Source: Candidatus Poribacteria bacterium (GTDB lineage Bacteria; Poribacteria; WGA-4E; WGA-3G). From it: 64,000 bases of DNA. Positions 19,216-28,549 of the stretch are shown here, piece after piece (within the stretch, counting starts at the first letter, position 1; each line of letters opens with the position of its first letter). The stretch is taken from NCBI GenBank assembly GCA_965215265.1, contig OZ244048.1, positions 352,001-416,000 of the forward strand, read 5' to 3'. A program made the position numbers and the translations under genes. The notes under the pieces were generated by a model. The model worked only from the letters and a program-made list of their open reading frames with translations. It had not been told where the DNA came from and searched no databases.

Positions 19216-19414
19216 TTTTTATTAGGTTGAGCGAGCATTATATGCAAATTAGCTTGATAGCTTAAGTATACCACAAGTCTGTTGGGATTTCAAGTTTTTT
19301 TAATTGCCTGGGAATCCAGAGATATAAAGAGCTCTAAATTTCGGCGAACTTTTTTCGCCGCTGCGTGTGTACTTATAATAAATTTATTCCAATCTTTAAT
19401 AGACGCTACAATCG

Positions 19415-20035
19415 ATGGAAACAAATCCAATTTTAAATTCAATGACTTTTATAAAAAAACGGATAAAAACCCTATTTACTGCCCAAGCCTCTAAGCCCGC
19501 ACGGTTAGCCGAGATTAAACTCTCCCGCTTAACACCATTTCAACGTGCGCTGCTCGTTACCGATGGTACCGTAACGCGTTTTATTGAGGCGTACACATTC
19601 TCACCGGTCGAAGTTGTCCTGCTGCACCAAGCACAAGAGACGTTATGTGCTGAGCACGTCTGGCTTGAGCTGCCAACAGACACCCAGATCCTTAAGCGGC
19701 AAGTCGTACTACAGACACCGGCCACGAACAGCCACGCACCAAGAATTCATGCATACGCAGCATCGCAAATTGTCACCGAGCGATTGCCAAAAAGCATTTT
19801 GGATGGATTAGAATCCGGTATTGAAGGTGTCGGGATGCTTTTGAAAAAGAGCATGATAGAAACACGCCGGAACCTTTTATGGTGGGGTGTTGAACACGAT
19901 GTAGATTTGCCTAAGTCCATCCAGCATCTTGAAACAGAACCACTTCTCAGCCGTACCTACAACGTCATTGCAGAGGGGCTGCCTATCATGCTGATCACCG
20001 AAAAATTTCCACTTGATGAACCTGTTCCGGTTTGA
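19415..20035 (+). CDS. Chorismate pyruvate-lyase-like protein (DUF98/UbiC-UTRA fold)
   Basis: FQRALLVTDGTVTRFIEA, RQVVL, YAAS, IETRR, LSRTYNV...MLITEKFP. Alternative start at 19442. Confidence 0.82.
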   Translation: METNPILNSMTFIKKRIKTLFTAQASKPARLAEIKLSRLTPFQRALLVTDGTVTRFIEAYTFSPVEVVLLHQAQETLCAEHVWLELPTDTQILKRQVVLQTPATNSHAPRIHAYAASQIVTERLPKSILDGLESGIEGVGMLLKKSMIETRRNLLWWGVEHDVDLPKSIQHLETEPLLSRTYNVIAEGLPIMLITEKFPLDEPVPV

Positions 20036-20214
20036 TGATGCACCGAAATAACTTGCGGCGATGCGTTAGACATCCGGCATTTTAGCCTGAAGAGCACTGT
20101 GATGGACAAGCGAGATAAAGAGCAGTTCATAAATCGTATAAACGGCTGTGGTTTTTGGATAAATACGCTATAGAGGAAAGCCCATGGATTGGCAAATGGC
20201 AGCTTGGGTTATAA

Positions 20215-20271
20215 TGAACACTGTTCACTCCCGAATAGCATATTTTCCTTGAAAAGTTTTGCTATTTGGGA
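20215..20271. promoter_or_regulatory. Palindromes upstream of the methyltransferase (candidate operator/hairpin)
   Basis: TGAACA-C-TGTTCA at 20215-20227; TCCCGAATAGCA / TGCTATTTGGGA inverted repeat at 20229-20240 and 20260-20271. Confidence 0.4.
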
Positions 20272-20337
20272 TATCATTAATACTTAAATGATGCTGGAAA
20301 ACAGCTTGAACACCCACTGAAAATAAGGAGATCTCTT

Positions 20338-22184
20338 TTGGCAATACAAACGCAATTCACTACTTCCGAACCCAGCGAATCCGTTGAAAACTATGAATTT
20401 GAACCCATCCAAGGCTACCCGAGGCTCAGCTGGAAAGGAAAGCGCCCGTTCCGCGCTACCCAATACTATCCCGCCCAACTCAAAGAGACACACGGCGAGA
20501 AAGTCAACGACTGGCGAAATAAAATCTATTGGGGGGATAACCTACAAGTCATGAGCCACCTGCTCAAGACATACCGCGGCAAGATGAAACTGATTTACAT
20601 AGATCCGCCGTTTGACTCGAAAGCTGACTATAAGAAAAAAATAGAGCTGAAGGGGAAAAAGGTAGAGAACGACCGCACCGCTTTTGAAGAGAAACAGTAC
20701 ACGGACATCTGGACGAATGATGAATACCTCCAATTCATGTATGAACGGTTGATTCTACTACGCGAATTGCTATCGGATAATGGGTCCATCTACCTGCATT
20801 GTGATTGGCGAATGAATAGTTATCTTAGGTTAGTGTTGGACGAAATTTTTGGCAAGGATAAATTTCGGAATGAGATTATATGGAAGAAATATTCAGGAGT
20901 AAAAAATCAATCTTCCAGAAAATTTACTACGCAGACAGATACAATTTTTTGGTATGTGAAAAGTGAGAGTGCAATTTTTAATCAACAGTACAAACCTTTA
21001 AGTGATAATTATATAAAACAAGAATATAAGTACGTAGATGCAGATGGTAGGAGATATGCAAAATTGAGAGGACGGGGTTATCAAAATAAAAAAGGGGAGA
21101 CAAGCGTAAAATATCTAGATGAAAATCCAGGGATACCAGCTACAAGTCTATGGGATGAAGATGGATTACAGTTAAACACATCTACTTCAGAAAGGATAGG
21201 CTACCCTACCCAAAAGCCTGAAGCACTTCTTGAACGTATCATCAAAGTGTCATCCAATCCCGGAGATCTTGTCTTCGACTGCTTCATGGGCAGCGGCACT
21301 ACGCAAGCGGTTGCGATGAAACTCGGCCGCCGGTTCATCGGCGCTGACATCAACCTCGGCGCCGTCGAGACTACCTCAAAACGCATCATAAATCTCGCAG
21401 CAAACATTGAACAGAACACACGTCAACAGAAAATTGACTTTGAAGCGGAAAAAATCGAAAATACCCCCCCCCTTCTTATGTGTTAAGTTCTTATACAGGA
21501 TTTGAGGTGTATAACGTCAATCACTACGACGTATTCCGCAATCCTATTGAGGCAAAAGCACTCCTCATCGAGGCACTGGAAATACAGCCCATGCCTTCCA
21601 GTGCAATATACGACGGCGAAAAAGACGGACACCTCGTCAAAATCATGCCTATCAATCGCATTGCTACTCGCGCTGACATCAACGAACTCATCGCAGGATT
21701 AGATTACAAAACTTTTGAGAAACGCCAAGAACAACACCCTACCCGTCCCGTCGAAAAGTTGTTGCTCGTCTGTATGGGACATGAACCTGACCTCGCCGCC
21801 GCGTTGCAAAGTGAAGTGCCTTACAAACTTGACATAGAAGTGATGGATATCCTGCGTGACAAATCCGGGTTAGCGTTCAAACGCGAATCCGAAGCGAATA
21901 TCGTTCGTAGCAACGGCCAAGTCAGCATAGAGCAGTTCTACCCAATGAACCTGCTCGAGAAGTTAAGTCTGATGAAAGAGCACGTTGAAGACTGGCGTGA
22001 ATTGGTCGAATCGGTGAAAGTTGACTTTAACTACGACGGTGCGGTGCTGAATCCGTCGGTGGTAGATGTGCCGGAAAAAGAGGGGTGGGTCAAAGGGGCT
22101 TACCGCATCCCTAAAGACGCAGGCATAATCCGCGTAAAAATTACCGATCTGTTATCAGAATCTCTCGAAGTGACAGTGGAATGA
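20338..22184 (+). CDS. Beta-class N6A/N4C DNA methyltransferase (type III Mod-like), frameshifted at a C9 tract into ORFs 20338-21486 and 21480-22184
   Basis: GDNL, IYIDPPF, YPTQKPEALLERII, FMGSGTT. One extra C in 21464-21472 joins both ORFs into 615 aa. Confidence 0.88.
21464..21472 (+). repeat. Poly-C9 simple sequence tract at the methyltransferase frameshift
   Basis: AATA-CCCCCCCCC-TTCTTATGTG. Confidence 0.9.
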
Positions 22185-22272
22185 CGCGTCTATGGCGAAT
22201 TCGGCAGGTCATATTAGTTCGCTTGACACCTATAAGCTGTAAAGTTTTCATATACTCACGAAATGAGACAGT

Positions 22273-23157
22273 TTAATACAGAAATTCTATTGACAACGTT
22301 GTCAAAAATTCGTTTTCTACCTCACGATTGTAAACTTGCGCTGAGATAATCGAACCGTAGATATTGCCCAGATAGAAAATTCCCCCGATGGTTCCTAAGC
22401 TCCATCCCTTTACGGATGCGATGCCATCTCTGCGGAATCCGTCGTAAGCCTGCCACCCTGTTACCCCGACAATTAGCAAACTGGTAATTGCATCGCCGGT
22501 GCGCCCGGTGTAAAGTCTTCCGCTCCCCGGCAGCACTGTTGAAAAAAGTCCTGCCAAAAACGGGCTGCGGGTGGGAAGCCGGGTGCCCTGTTCCGCATAA
22601 TCTAGATATAACGTTGCCTTAGACCGAACCTCTGCGAGATCCGATTCTTGCAATTTCTTGAAAACCTCACTTGCCTCCGGCCACTTCTTCCGCATCAGGT
22701 AAGAGAGACCTATGAGTTGTTCTGATTCAGAGCGATATCGCACATCCACAATGTGCTGCATCGTTTCATGCAGAAATAGTTCTGACTGTTCAAACTGCTC
22801 CAGCAGAAAATAGGAGGCACCAATTTGATAGTAAGCACGGTTTCTTAGTGGACTGTCTGGGTGATTCTTTAAGAGTGCTTCAAAGGCGCGGATTGCTTGT
22901 TCTGACTCGCCCCCTAAGCGATAACAGAAAGCAATTTTATACTGAATGTGTTCACTGTCTTGGGGCTGATAAAAAAGATAGCGTTGATACTCTCCAGCGG
23001 CACGTAGATAATCACCTTCGTCGTATAGAAAATCCGCGAATCGGCGGATGTTCTCTGGAGTGTAGAGGTTAACCGACTCAGCACGCACATCCCCTTGGCT
23101 GAAACATAGGAGCATCAAGAGAAGTTTAGGCAGTACACACAGTGGGATTTTATTCAT
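22273..23157 (-). CDS. TPR (BamD/CpoB-like) protein with C-terminal TM2/DUF5683-like domain
   Basis: FADFLYDEGDYLRAAGEYQRYLF; RSPFLAGLFSTVLPGSGRLYTG. Confidence 0.78.
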   Translation of the reverse strand: MNKIPLCVLPKLLLMLLCFSQGDVRAESVNLYTPENIRRFADFLYDEGDYLRAAGEYQRYLFYQPQDSEHIQYKIAFCYRLGGESEQAIRAFEALLKNHPDSPLRNRAYYQIGASYFLLEQFEQSELFLHETMQHIVDVRYRSESEQLIGLSYLMRKKWPEASEVFKKLQESDLAEVRSKATLYLDYAEQGTRLPTRSPFLAGLFSTVLPGSGRLYTGRTGDAITSLLIVGVTGWQAYDGFRRDGIASVKGWSLGTIGGIFYLGNIYGSIISAQVYNREVENEFLTTLSIEFLY

Positions 23158-23591
23158 CGAGCGAAGGACTCCGAGCCATAAGTAGAAACCGGGTCAAGGT
23201 ACTTTCCGGTCGACTCATCTTTATGATAATGCGCAGCTTGCGTGCCGTTGCACCGGAGTAACCTATCAGCCGTGAGCAGTAAACCGCGTAATATCCCATA
23301 TTCTTGGATGGATTCCATTCCGAACCGAGAACAACTCGGGGTGAAATTGCATGTCGGTCCATCTTGGCTAGAGATGAATTTTTGATACAGACGTATGAGC
23401 CCCGTAGCGGCCAATTTCAACTCTGAGCTCTCCCGCAGGTTAAAACGGATAACTTCTTGCTGCTCTGGTGTTATGATAGGGTTAACTTTGCGGATAAAAG
23501 CGAGGTCGCTTGCCTCCTCGGCGAAAGCAGGGAAAACGCAACCGCTAACTATCAAGCAGATTAGGCAGAGAATTGAAGTGTGCATCACCAT
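23154..23591 (-). CDS. yidD: YidD (membrane protein insertion efficiency factor) family protein with N-terminal signal peptide
   Basis: LIRLYQKFISS..GPTCNFTPSCS.F...G...G......RLLRC. Confidence 0.85.
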   Translation of the reverse strand: MVMHTSILCLICLIVSGCVFPAFAEEASDLAFIRKVNPIITPEQQEVIRFNLRESSELKLAATGLIRLYQKFISSQDGPTCNFTPSCSRFGMESIQEYGILRGLLLTADRLLRCNGTQAAHYHKDESTGKYLDPVSTYGSESFAR

Positions 23592-24367
23592 TTAACCTCT
23601 TTGACTTTTACTGACTCTGGAATTGTGAAATCCAGAATCGGATTTAACGGTTCCTGATTCATCCGTGGATTGCTATAGATGATGTGTTCGTGTTGTAGCA
23701 GTTCTGATTTAGGACCATACAGACTGGACGTGACCTCCATCGGGATATTGTAATTGCCCAGTTTACGATGACGTTGATAGCGCGAACTCGCCGCAAGATT
23801 GCCATCCGGATTTTTAACCTCCGCAGAAATGAGAAAATCATCTCGCATTCTCAGAATCACCGTTCCGAGTTTATCTTTCTCCTCGTCAGGTGGCACCCAA
23901 TGAGTATAAAGTACATCGTCCTTGATATCATGTTTCTCCAAAGAATATCCGACGGCAGTGAGCCCATATTCTGCTTGCGTTGCTTGAAGAATCGCTTCAA
24001 TAAAAGGCAATGGGATCCGGCCTCGCGAGATAAAGCGGAACGCTTCTTTCTGCACAGGGTAATAAATTTCCAAGACTTTGCCCTTGACAATCATAATTTG
24101 CATCAATGGCTCTGTGACTTCAACGACAACCCGTTTCGCTTTTACATCGTAGTGGAGCGTCCCCTCAGTCCTTTCCACTTTACCTTTTTCGGCATCTTTG
24201 ACGTTCAATGGCACCTCTTTTAACTGACGGTTGAAATCCAGAGAGAGGGTTTTTAGGGACGCGGCATGGAGTGAAGAGACGAGGAATGTGAGGAAAAACG
24301 TAATCGGAAGTTGGAAGTTTTTTAACATTTTAATTTTCACGAAATATTTTCTATTTGAATGCGACAT
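23585..24367 (-). CDS. LolA-like periplasmic protein
   Basis: Signal peptide, LKTLSLDF start, EVTEPLMQIMIV, C-terminal FTIPESVKV. Confidence 0.6.
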   Translation of the reverse strand: MSHSNRKYFVKIKMLKNFQLPITFFLTFLVSSLHAASLKTLSLDFNRQLKEVPLNVKDAEKGKVERTEGTLHYDVKAKRVVVEVTEPLMQIMIVKGKVLEIYYPVQKEAFRFISRGRIPLPFIEAILQATQAEYGLTAVGYSLEKHDIKDDVLYTHWVPPDEEKDKLGTVILRMRDDFLISAEVKNPDGNLAASSRYQRHRKLGNYNIPMEVTSSLYGPKSELLQHEHIIYSNPRMNQEPLNPILDFTIPESVKVKEVKW

Positions 24368-24683
24368 TTACAATATAGATAAGCCCACTGGCAATTAGTA
24401 TAAAAATCATAAATCCCAAAGCAACAGCCGTAATAAGGCCAATGACTGCCCAACGTCCTTGGAGCCTTCCGAGTCTGGTTTTGTAGCTATCTGTGTAAAA
24501 CGCGGCATATTCCGGCGACTTCCCGAGGAGCCTTGACGCAGGCGGTAACGGCTTATACGCATAAGCAATGAGAATTCCGACTATGTTCCCAAAAAAACCG
24601 ATGAAAAACCACAAAAATTTGTTAACATCTACTTCTGCATCTTGCGAGACAGCAGTTAATGCTGGGCGTTGATCTGAATGCAT
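24351..24683 (-). CDS. Hypothetical membrane protein
   Basis: Two hydrophobic segments; start after AAGGGA; overlaps the next gene of the operon. Confidence 0.6.
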   Translation of the reverse strand: MHSDQRPALTAVSQDAEVDVNKFLWFFIGFFGNIVGILIAYAYKPLPPASRLLGKSPEYAAFYTDSYKTRLGRLQGRWAVIGLITAVALGFMIFILIASGLIYIVNVAFK

Positions 24684-24908
24684 CTCTCTGTTCCCTTCTT
24701 TAGACTTACACTGATAAAAAACAGAAAAACCCTTCCACACCGCGGATAAAATCTTTGATAGACATATTATCATGACTTTACCAGAAAAGTCAACTCTCCG
24801 ATCACTGTAAAATTCTAATTATGGTATCTATGCCAAAATTTTCGCGTAACCTATTTTAGAAAATATGCTATAATGGTTTCACATAAATTTCAAAAGCAGG
24901 ATTTGAAG

Positions 24909-26384
24909 ATGAGTCAAGAAGAGAAAAAAGCGTCTGAAGGGCAGTCATCCGAGGAAAAGGACACGCCTACGCCCGAAGATAAACTCTCTGTTACGCATCA
25001 TAGCGTTATAATTAACGGTGAAGAAATTCGCTATACAGCCACAGCAGGCACGCTCGTTCTGAAGGAAGAAACCGACAAAGAGGGAGAAAAGGCGAAAGCA
25101 TCAATTTTTTTCATCGCCTATACCCGTGACGATGTAGTCGACCTCTCTAAACGAGCCGTAACGTTCTCTTTCAACGGTGGCCCCGGTTCATCCTCGGTCT
25201 GGTTGCATTTAGGCGTGTTAGGACCGCGTCGTGTGGAACCGGCCCCGATAGGAGAACCCCTAAAACCGCCATATCAATTGATGAATAATGACTGCTCGAT
25301 TTTGGACAAAACCGATTTAGTCTTCATAGACCCGGTAAGTACCGGTTTCAGTAGAGCAGTGCCGGGAGAAGAGGCCAAGGAGTTCCACGGGTTCAAAAAA
25401 GACATTGAATCTGTCGGCAATTTTATCCTTCTCTACTTAGGACGTTACAAGCGGTGGCGTTCACCGAAGTTTCTCATCGGTGAAAGTTATGGAACAACGC
25501 GTGCAGGAGGGCTCTCTGGTTACCTTCAAGAAGAGCACGGCACCTACCTCAACGGTATTATGCTCGTCTCGGTCGTACTTAATTTCCAAACGATTCGGTT
25601 TGCCCCCGGCAACGATTTGCCTTACATTCTCTATTTACCGACTTATGCAGCAACAGCTCAATACCACGGGAAAGTTGAAGACCCAGAATTTGGGACAATC
25701 GTCGATGCCGCGAAAAAATTCGCAATGGGAGATTACAATCTCGCCTTGATGCAAGGCTCCGCACTGTCTGACGACAAACGTGCTGATATTGTTCGGCAAT
25801 TGGCTGCCTTTAGCAGTTTGACAGCGGAATACATAGAGCAAACAGATCTGCGTATTAACATTATGCGGTTTTGCAAGCAGTTATTGCGTGACGAGGGGCG
25901 CACCGTTGGACGTTTTGATAGCCGATATACAGGCATTGACCGGGATTCAGCAGGCGAAAACTTTGAGTATGATCCGAGCTCTGCGGTGATTCAGGGCGCT
26001 TACACCGGAACTCTCAACGACTATGTCCGACGCGAATTAAAATTTGAGAGCGATTTGCCTTATGAAATCCTGAGTCGCCGGGTGCATCCTTGGAATTACG
26101 CAGAGCATCAAAATGAATACGTGAACGTCGCAGATACCCTCCGTAAGTCCATGACTATTAACCCCGCACTGAAACTCTTTGTCGCCAGCGGTTATTACGA
26201 TTTGGCCACACCCTTCCTTGCAACAGAATATACCTTCACTCACCTGGGTCTGGATAAATCCTTGCAAGACAATATCACTATGGCGTATTATAAGGCGGGC
26301 CACATGATGTATATTGACATGGAAGAGTTGCAAAAAATGAAAAAGGATCTGGATGCGTTCCTTGACAGTTCAAAACCGGATTAA
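24909..26384 (+). CDS. Serine carboxypeptidase, peptidase S10 family
   Basis: [38 protein letters not shown]. Confidence 0.93.
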   Translation: MSQEEKKASEGQSSEEKDTPTPEDKLSVTHHSVIINGEEIRYTATAGTLVLKEETDKEGEKAKASIFFIAYTRDDVVDLSKRAVTFSFNGGPGSSSVWLHLGVLGPRRVEPAPIGEPLKPPYQLMNNDCSILDKTDLVFIDPVSTGFSRAVPGEEAKEFHGFKKDIESVGNFILLYLGRYKRWRSPKFLIGESYGTTRAGGLSGYLQEEHGTYLNGIMLVSVVLNFQTIRFAPGNDLPYILYLPTYAATAQYHGKVEDPEFGTIVDAAKKFAMGDYNLALMQGSALSDDKRADIVRQLAAFSSLTAEYIEQTDLRINIMRFCKQLLRDEGRTVGRFDSRYTGIDRDSAGENFEYDPSSAVIQGAYTGTLNDYVRRELKFESDLPYEILSRRVHPWNYAEHQNEYVNVADTLRKSMTINPALKLFVASGYYDLATPFLATEYTFTHLGLDKSLQDNITMAYYKAGHMMYIDMEELQKMKKDLDAFLDSSKPD

Positions 26385-26389
26385 GACGG

Positions 26390-27436
26390 ATGAGTTACCA
26401 AAGAGAATTTGAAAATAAATTGAATGTTGCAGTGGTCGGTGTCGGTTCCCACGGTTACCGGAATATTTTGCCGACACTGACGTTTCTCCCGATTCAGCTG
26501 AAAGCATTTTGTGATGTCAATGTCGACCGGGCAGCAGTCACCGCGCAACAGTACGGGGTTCAAAGGTGGTATAAGAAGACGGCAGACATGTTTCGGAATG
26601 AAGAATTGGATGCTATAATCCTCTGTGTACCGCCACGTCTGCATCCGGAATTAACGTGTGAGGCACTGGATGCAGGCGTACATGTATGGTTAGAAAAACC
26701 GCCGGGGATGTTCGCCAGTGAGGTTGAAGAAATGATACGCCATCGAAAAGATAAAGTGGTGGTTGTCGGTTTCAAAAAAGCGTTTATGCCCGCAACACAG
26801 AAAATTATTGAGATTTTCGCTAAAGAGGAATATGGCCCGTTGCGAACCGCACTCGGGGTTTATCCTATGACGATTCCCCAAGATGGAAAGCGGGTACTCC
26901 GTGAAAAGGAACATACTAATTGGTTACAGAACGGGTGTCATCCGTTATCACTCCTCTTGGCAGTAGGTGGAAAGGTAGCTGCTGTGACGGTTCATCGTGG
27001 GCAACGCGGCGGAGGTGCATGTATCTTGGAATTCGCCTCCGGTGCACTCGGTAACTTTCATTTAGCAGATGGTGCCCTACACGGACAACCCTCGGAACTT
27101 TACCAATTTTTCGGTGACGGCTGCCATGCCGAAATTACCAACGGAAACCGCGTCTTACTGCAACGCGGGATGCGGTTTGATTACAGCGGCAGCACTGACT
27201 TTGTACCAGAAGGTTTCGACAGCGGTGCCATCGTCTGGGAACCGCAAAACAGTCTCGGAACGCTCGAGAATAAAGGACTTTTCATACAAGGGTTCTACCA
27301 GGAATTGCGTTATTTCTGCGACTGTATTCTGGCGGATGAACCTGCCCAAAAAGGTTCACTTGAATTCGCTTTGGAAGTCATGAAGGTATGCGAGGCAGGG
27401 CTCCGTTCCGGAGGGGATAGAATTCAGGTTTTATAA
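26390..27436 (+). CDS. Gfo/Idh/MocA family oxidoreductase
   Basis: [10 protein letters not shown] Rossmann motif; HVWLEKP. Confidence 0.9.
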   Translation: MSYQREFENKLNVAVVGVGSHGYRNILPTLTFLPIQLKAFCDVNVDRAAVTAQQYGVQRWYKKTADMFRNEELDAIILCVPPRLHPELTCEALDAGVHVWLEKPPGMFASEVEEMIRHRKDKVVVVGFKKAFMPATQKIIEIFAKEEYGPLRTALGVYPMTIPQDGKRVLREKEHTNWLQNGCHPLSLLLAVGGKVAAVTVHRGQRGGGACILEFASGALGNFHLADGALHGQPSELYQFFGDGCHAEITNGNRVLLQRGMRFDYSGSTDFVPEGFDSGAIVWEPQNSLGTLENKGLFIQGFYQELRYFCDCILADEPAQKGSLEFALEVMKVCEAGLRSGGDRIQVL

Positions 27437-27445
27437 GGGAAAAAC

Positions 27446-28459
27446 ATGGAATATAGAAGATTGGGCAGCAGTGGACTAAAGGTGTCTGAAATTTGCTTGG
27501 GCACGATGACCTTCGGACACGGCGCAGACGAAACTGAAACTCACCGCATGGTGCATCTTGCTTGGGATGCCGGTGTTAACTTTTACGATACCGCGAATTC
27601 GTACGCCGATGGAGAATCAGAAATCCTTCTCGGTAAAGCGCTTAAAGGCAGACGTCGCGATGCCATTGTCGCCACAAAGTTTTTCAATCCGATGGGACCT
27701 GGTCCCAATGATTCAGGGATGTCCCGGGTACACATCATGCAGGCAATTGACGACAGTCTCAAACGACTGCAGATGGATTACGTGGATATCTACTATATCC
27801 ACCATGTGGATACGCAAACGCCGTTAGAAGAGATGCTCCGGGCCTTGGACGATCTGGTTCATCAAGGGAAAGTGCGCTATACGGCATGTAGCAACTACCA
27901 AGCTTGGCGATTATCTGAGGCGTTATGGTTGAGCGATTCGCTTAGTTTGACACGATTTAGCTGCTATCAACCCCAATATAGTCTCGTCGTCCGAGATATT
28001 GAGCAAGAATTAGTCCCACTCTGTCAGCACAAAGGGCTTGGCGTAGTGGTATGGAGTCCCCTGGCAGGCGGCTTCTTATCCGGTAAATACAAGCCCGGTG
28101 AACGGACGCAAGACGGCACGCGCTCAGCAGAAGGGTGGGCATATCCACAACGCTATTTCGCAGCAAACGCCGATGAAACACTGCAAGCACTGTATGAAGT
28201 TTCCGATGGATTAGGATATAGTCCAGCGCAAGTCGCACTCCGATGGGTACTTGAACAGCCCGCAATAACCTCCGTTATTGTGGGTGCCCGACATGCAGAA
28301 CATCTCCGCGATAACTTGGAAACTACCGGATGGTTATTAGAGGGAGAAGCACTTCAAAAACTGAACGCCGTTTCACATCTGCCGCATCGCTACCCGGAAG
28401 CGATGGAAAAGAATATGCACGAACGTCGTGACAGTGCCGTTAACATGCCGTTTTTATAA
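27446..28459 (+). CDS. Aldo/keto reductase
   Basis: LGSSGLKVSEICLGTMTFG, DTANSY, ATK, WSPLAGGFLSGKY. Confidence 0.95.
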   Translation: MEYRRLGSSGLKVSEICLGTMTFGHGADETETHRMVHLAWDAGVNFYDTANSYADGESEILLGKALKGRRRDAIVATKFFNPMGPGPNDSGMSRVHIMQAIDDSLKRLQMDYVDIYYIHHVDTQTPLEEMLRALDDLVHQGKVRYTACSNYQAWRLSEALWLSDSLSLTRFSCYQPQYSLVVRDIEQELVPLCQHKGLGVVVWSPLAGGFLSGKYKPGERTQDGTRSAEGWAYPQRYFAANADETLQALYEVSDGLGYSPAQVALRWVLEQPAITSVIVGARHAEHLRDNLETTGWLLEGEALQKLNAVSHLPHRYPEAMEKNMHERRDSAVNMPFL

Positions 28460-28464
28460 AAAAC

Positions 28465-28491
28465 GAACTTTCCTAAAGTTTGATTTGACTA
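28465..28491 (+). promoter_or_regulatory. Candidate ECF-sigma promoter
   Basis: GAAC-N17-TGACTA upstream of the adaptor/permease operon. Confidence 0.35.
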
Positions 28492-28549
28492 AAATGTAAC
28501 CAGCACATCCTGAACAGTAGAACCGGAATAAAACAGGGAGAGTTTTGTT

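Noticed and set aside
18798-22272. Prophage or integrative element
   Set aside because: No integrase, structural or replication genes, and no clear att duplication.
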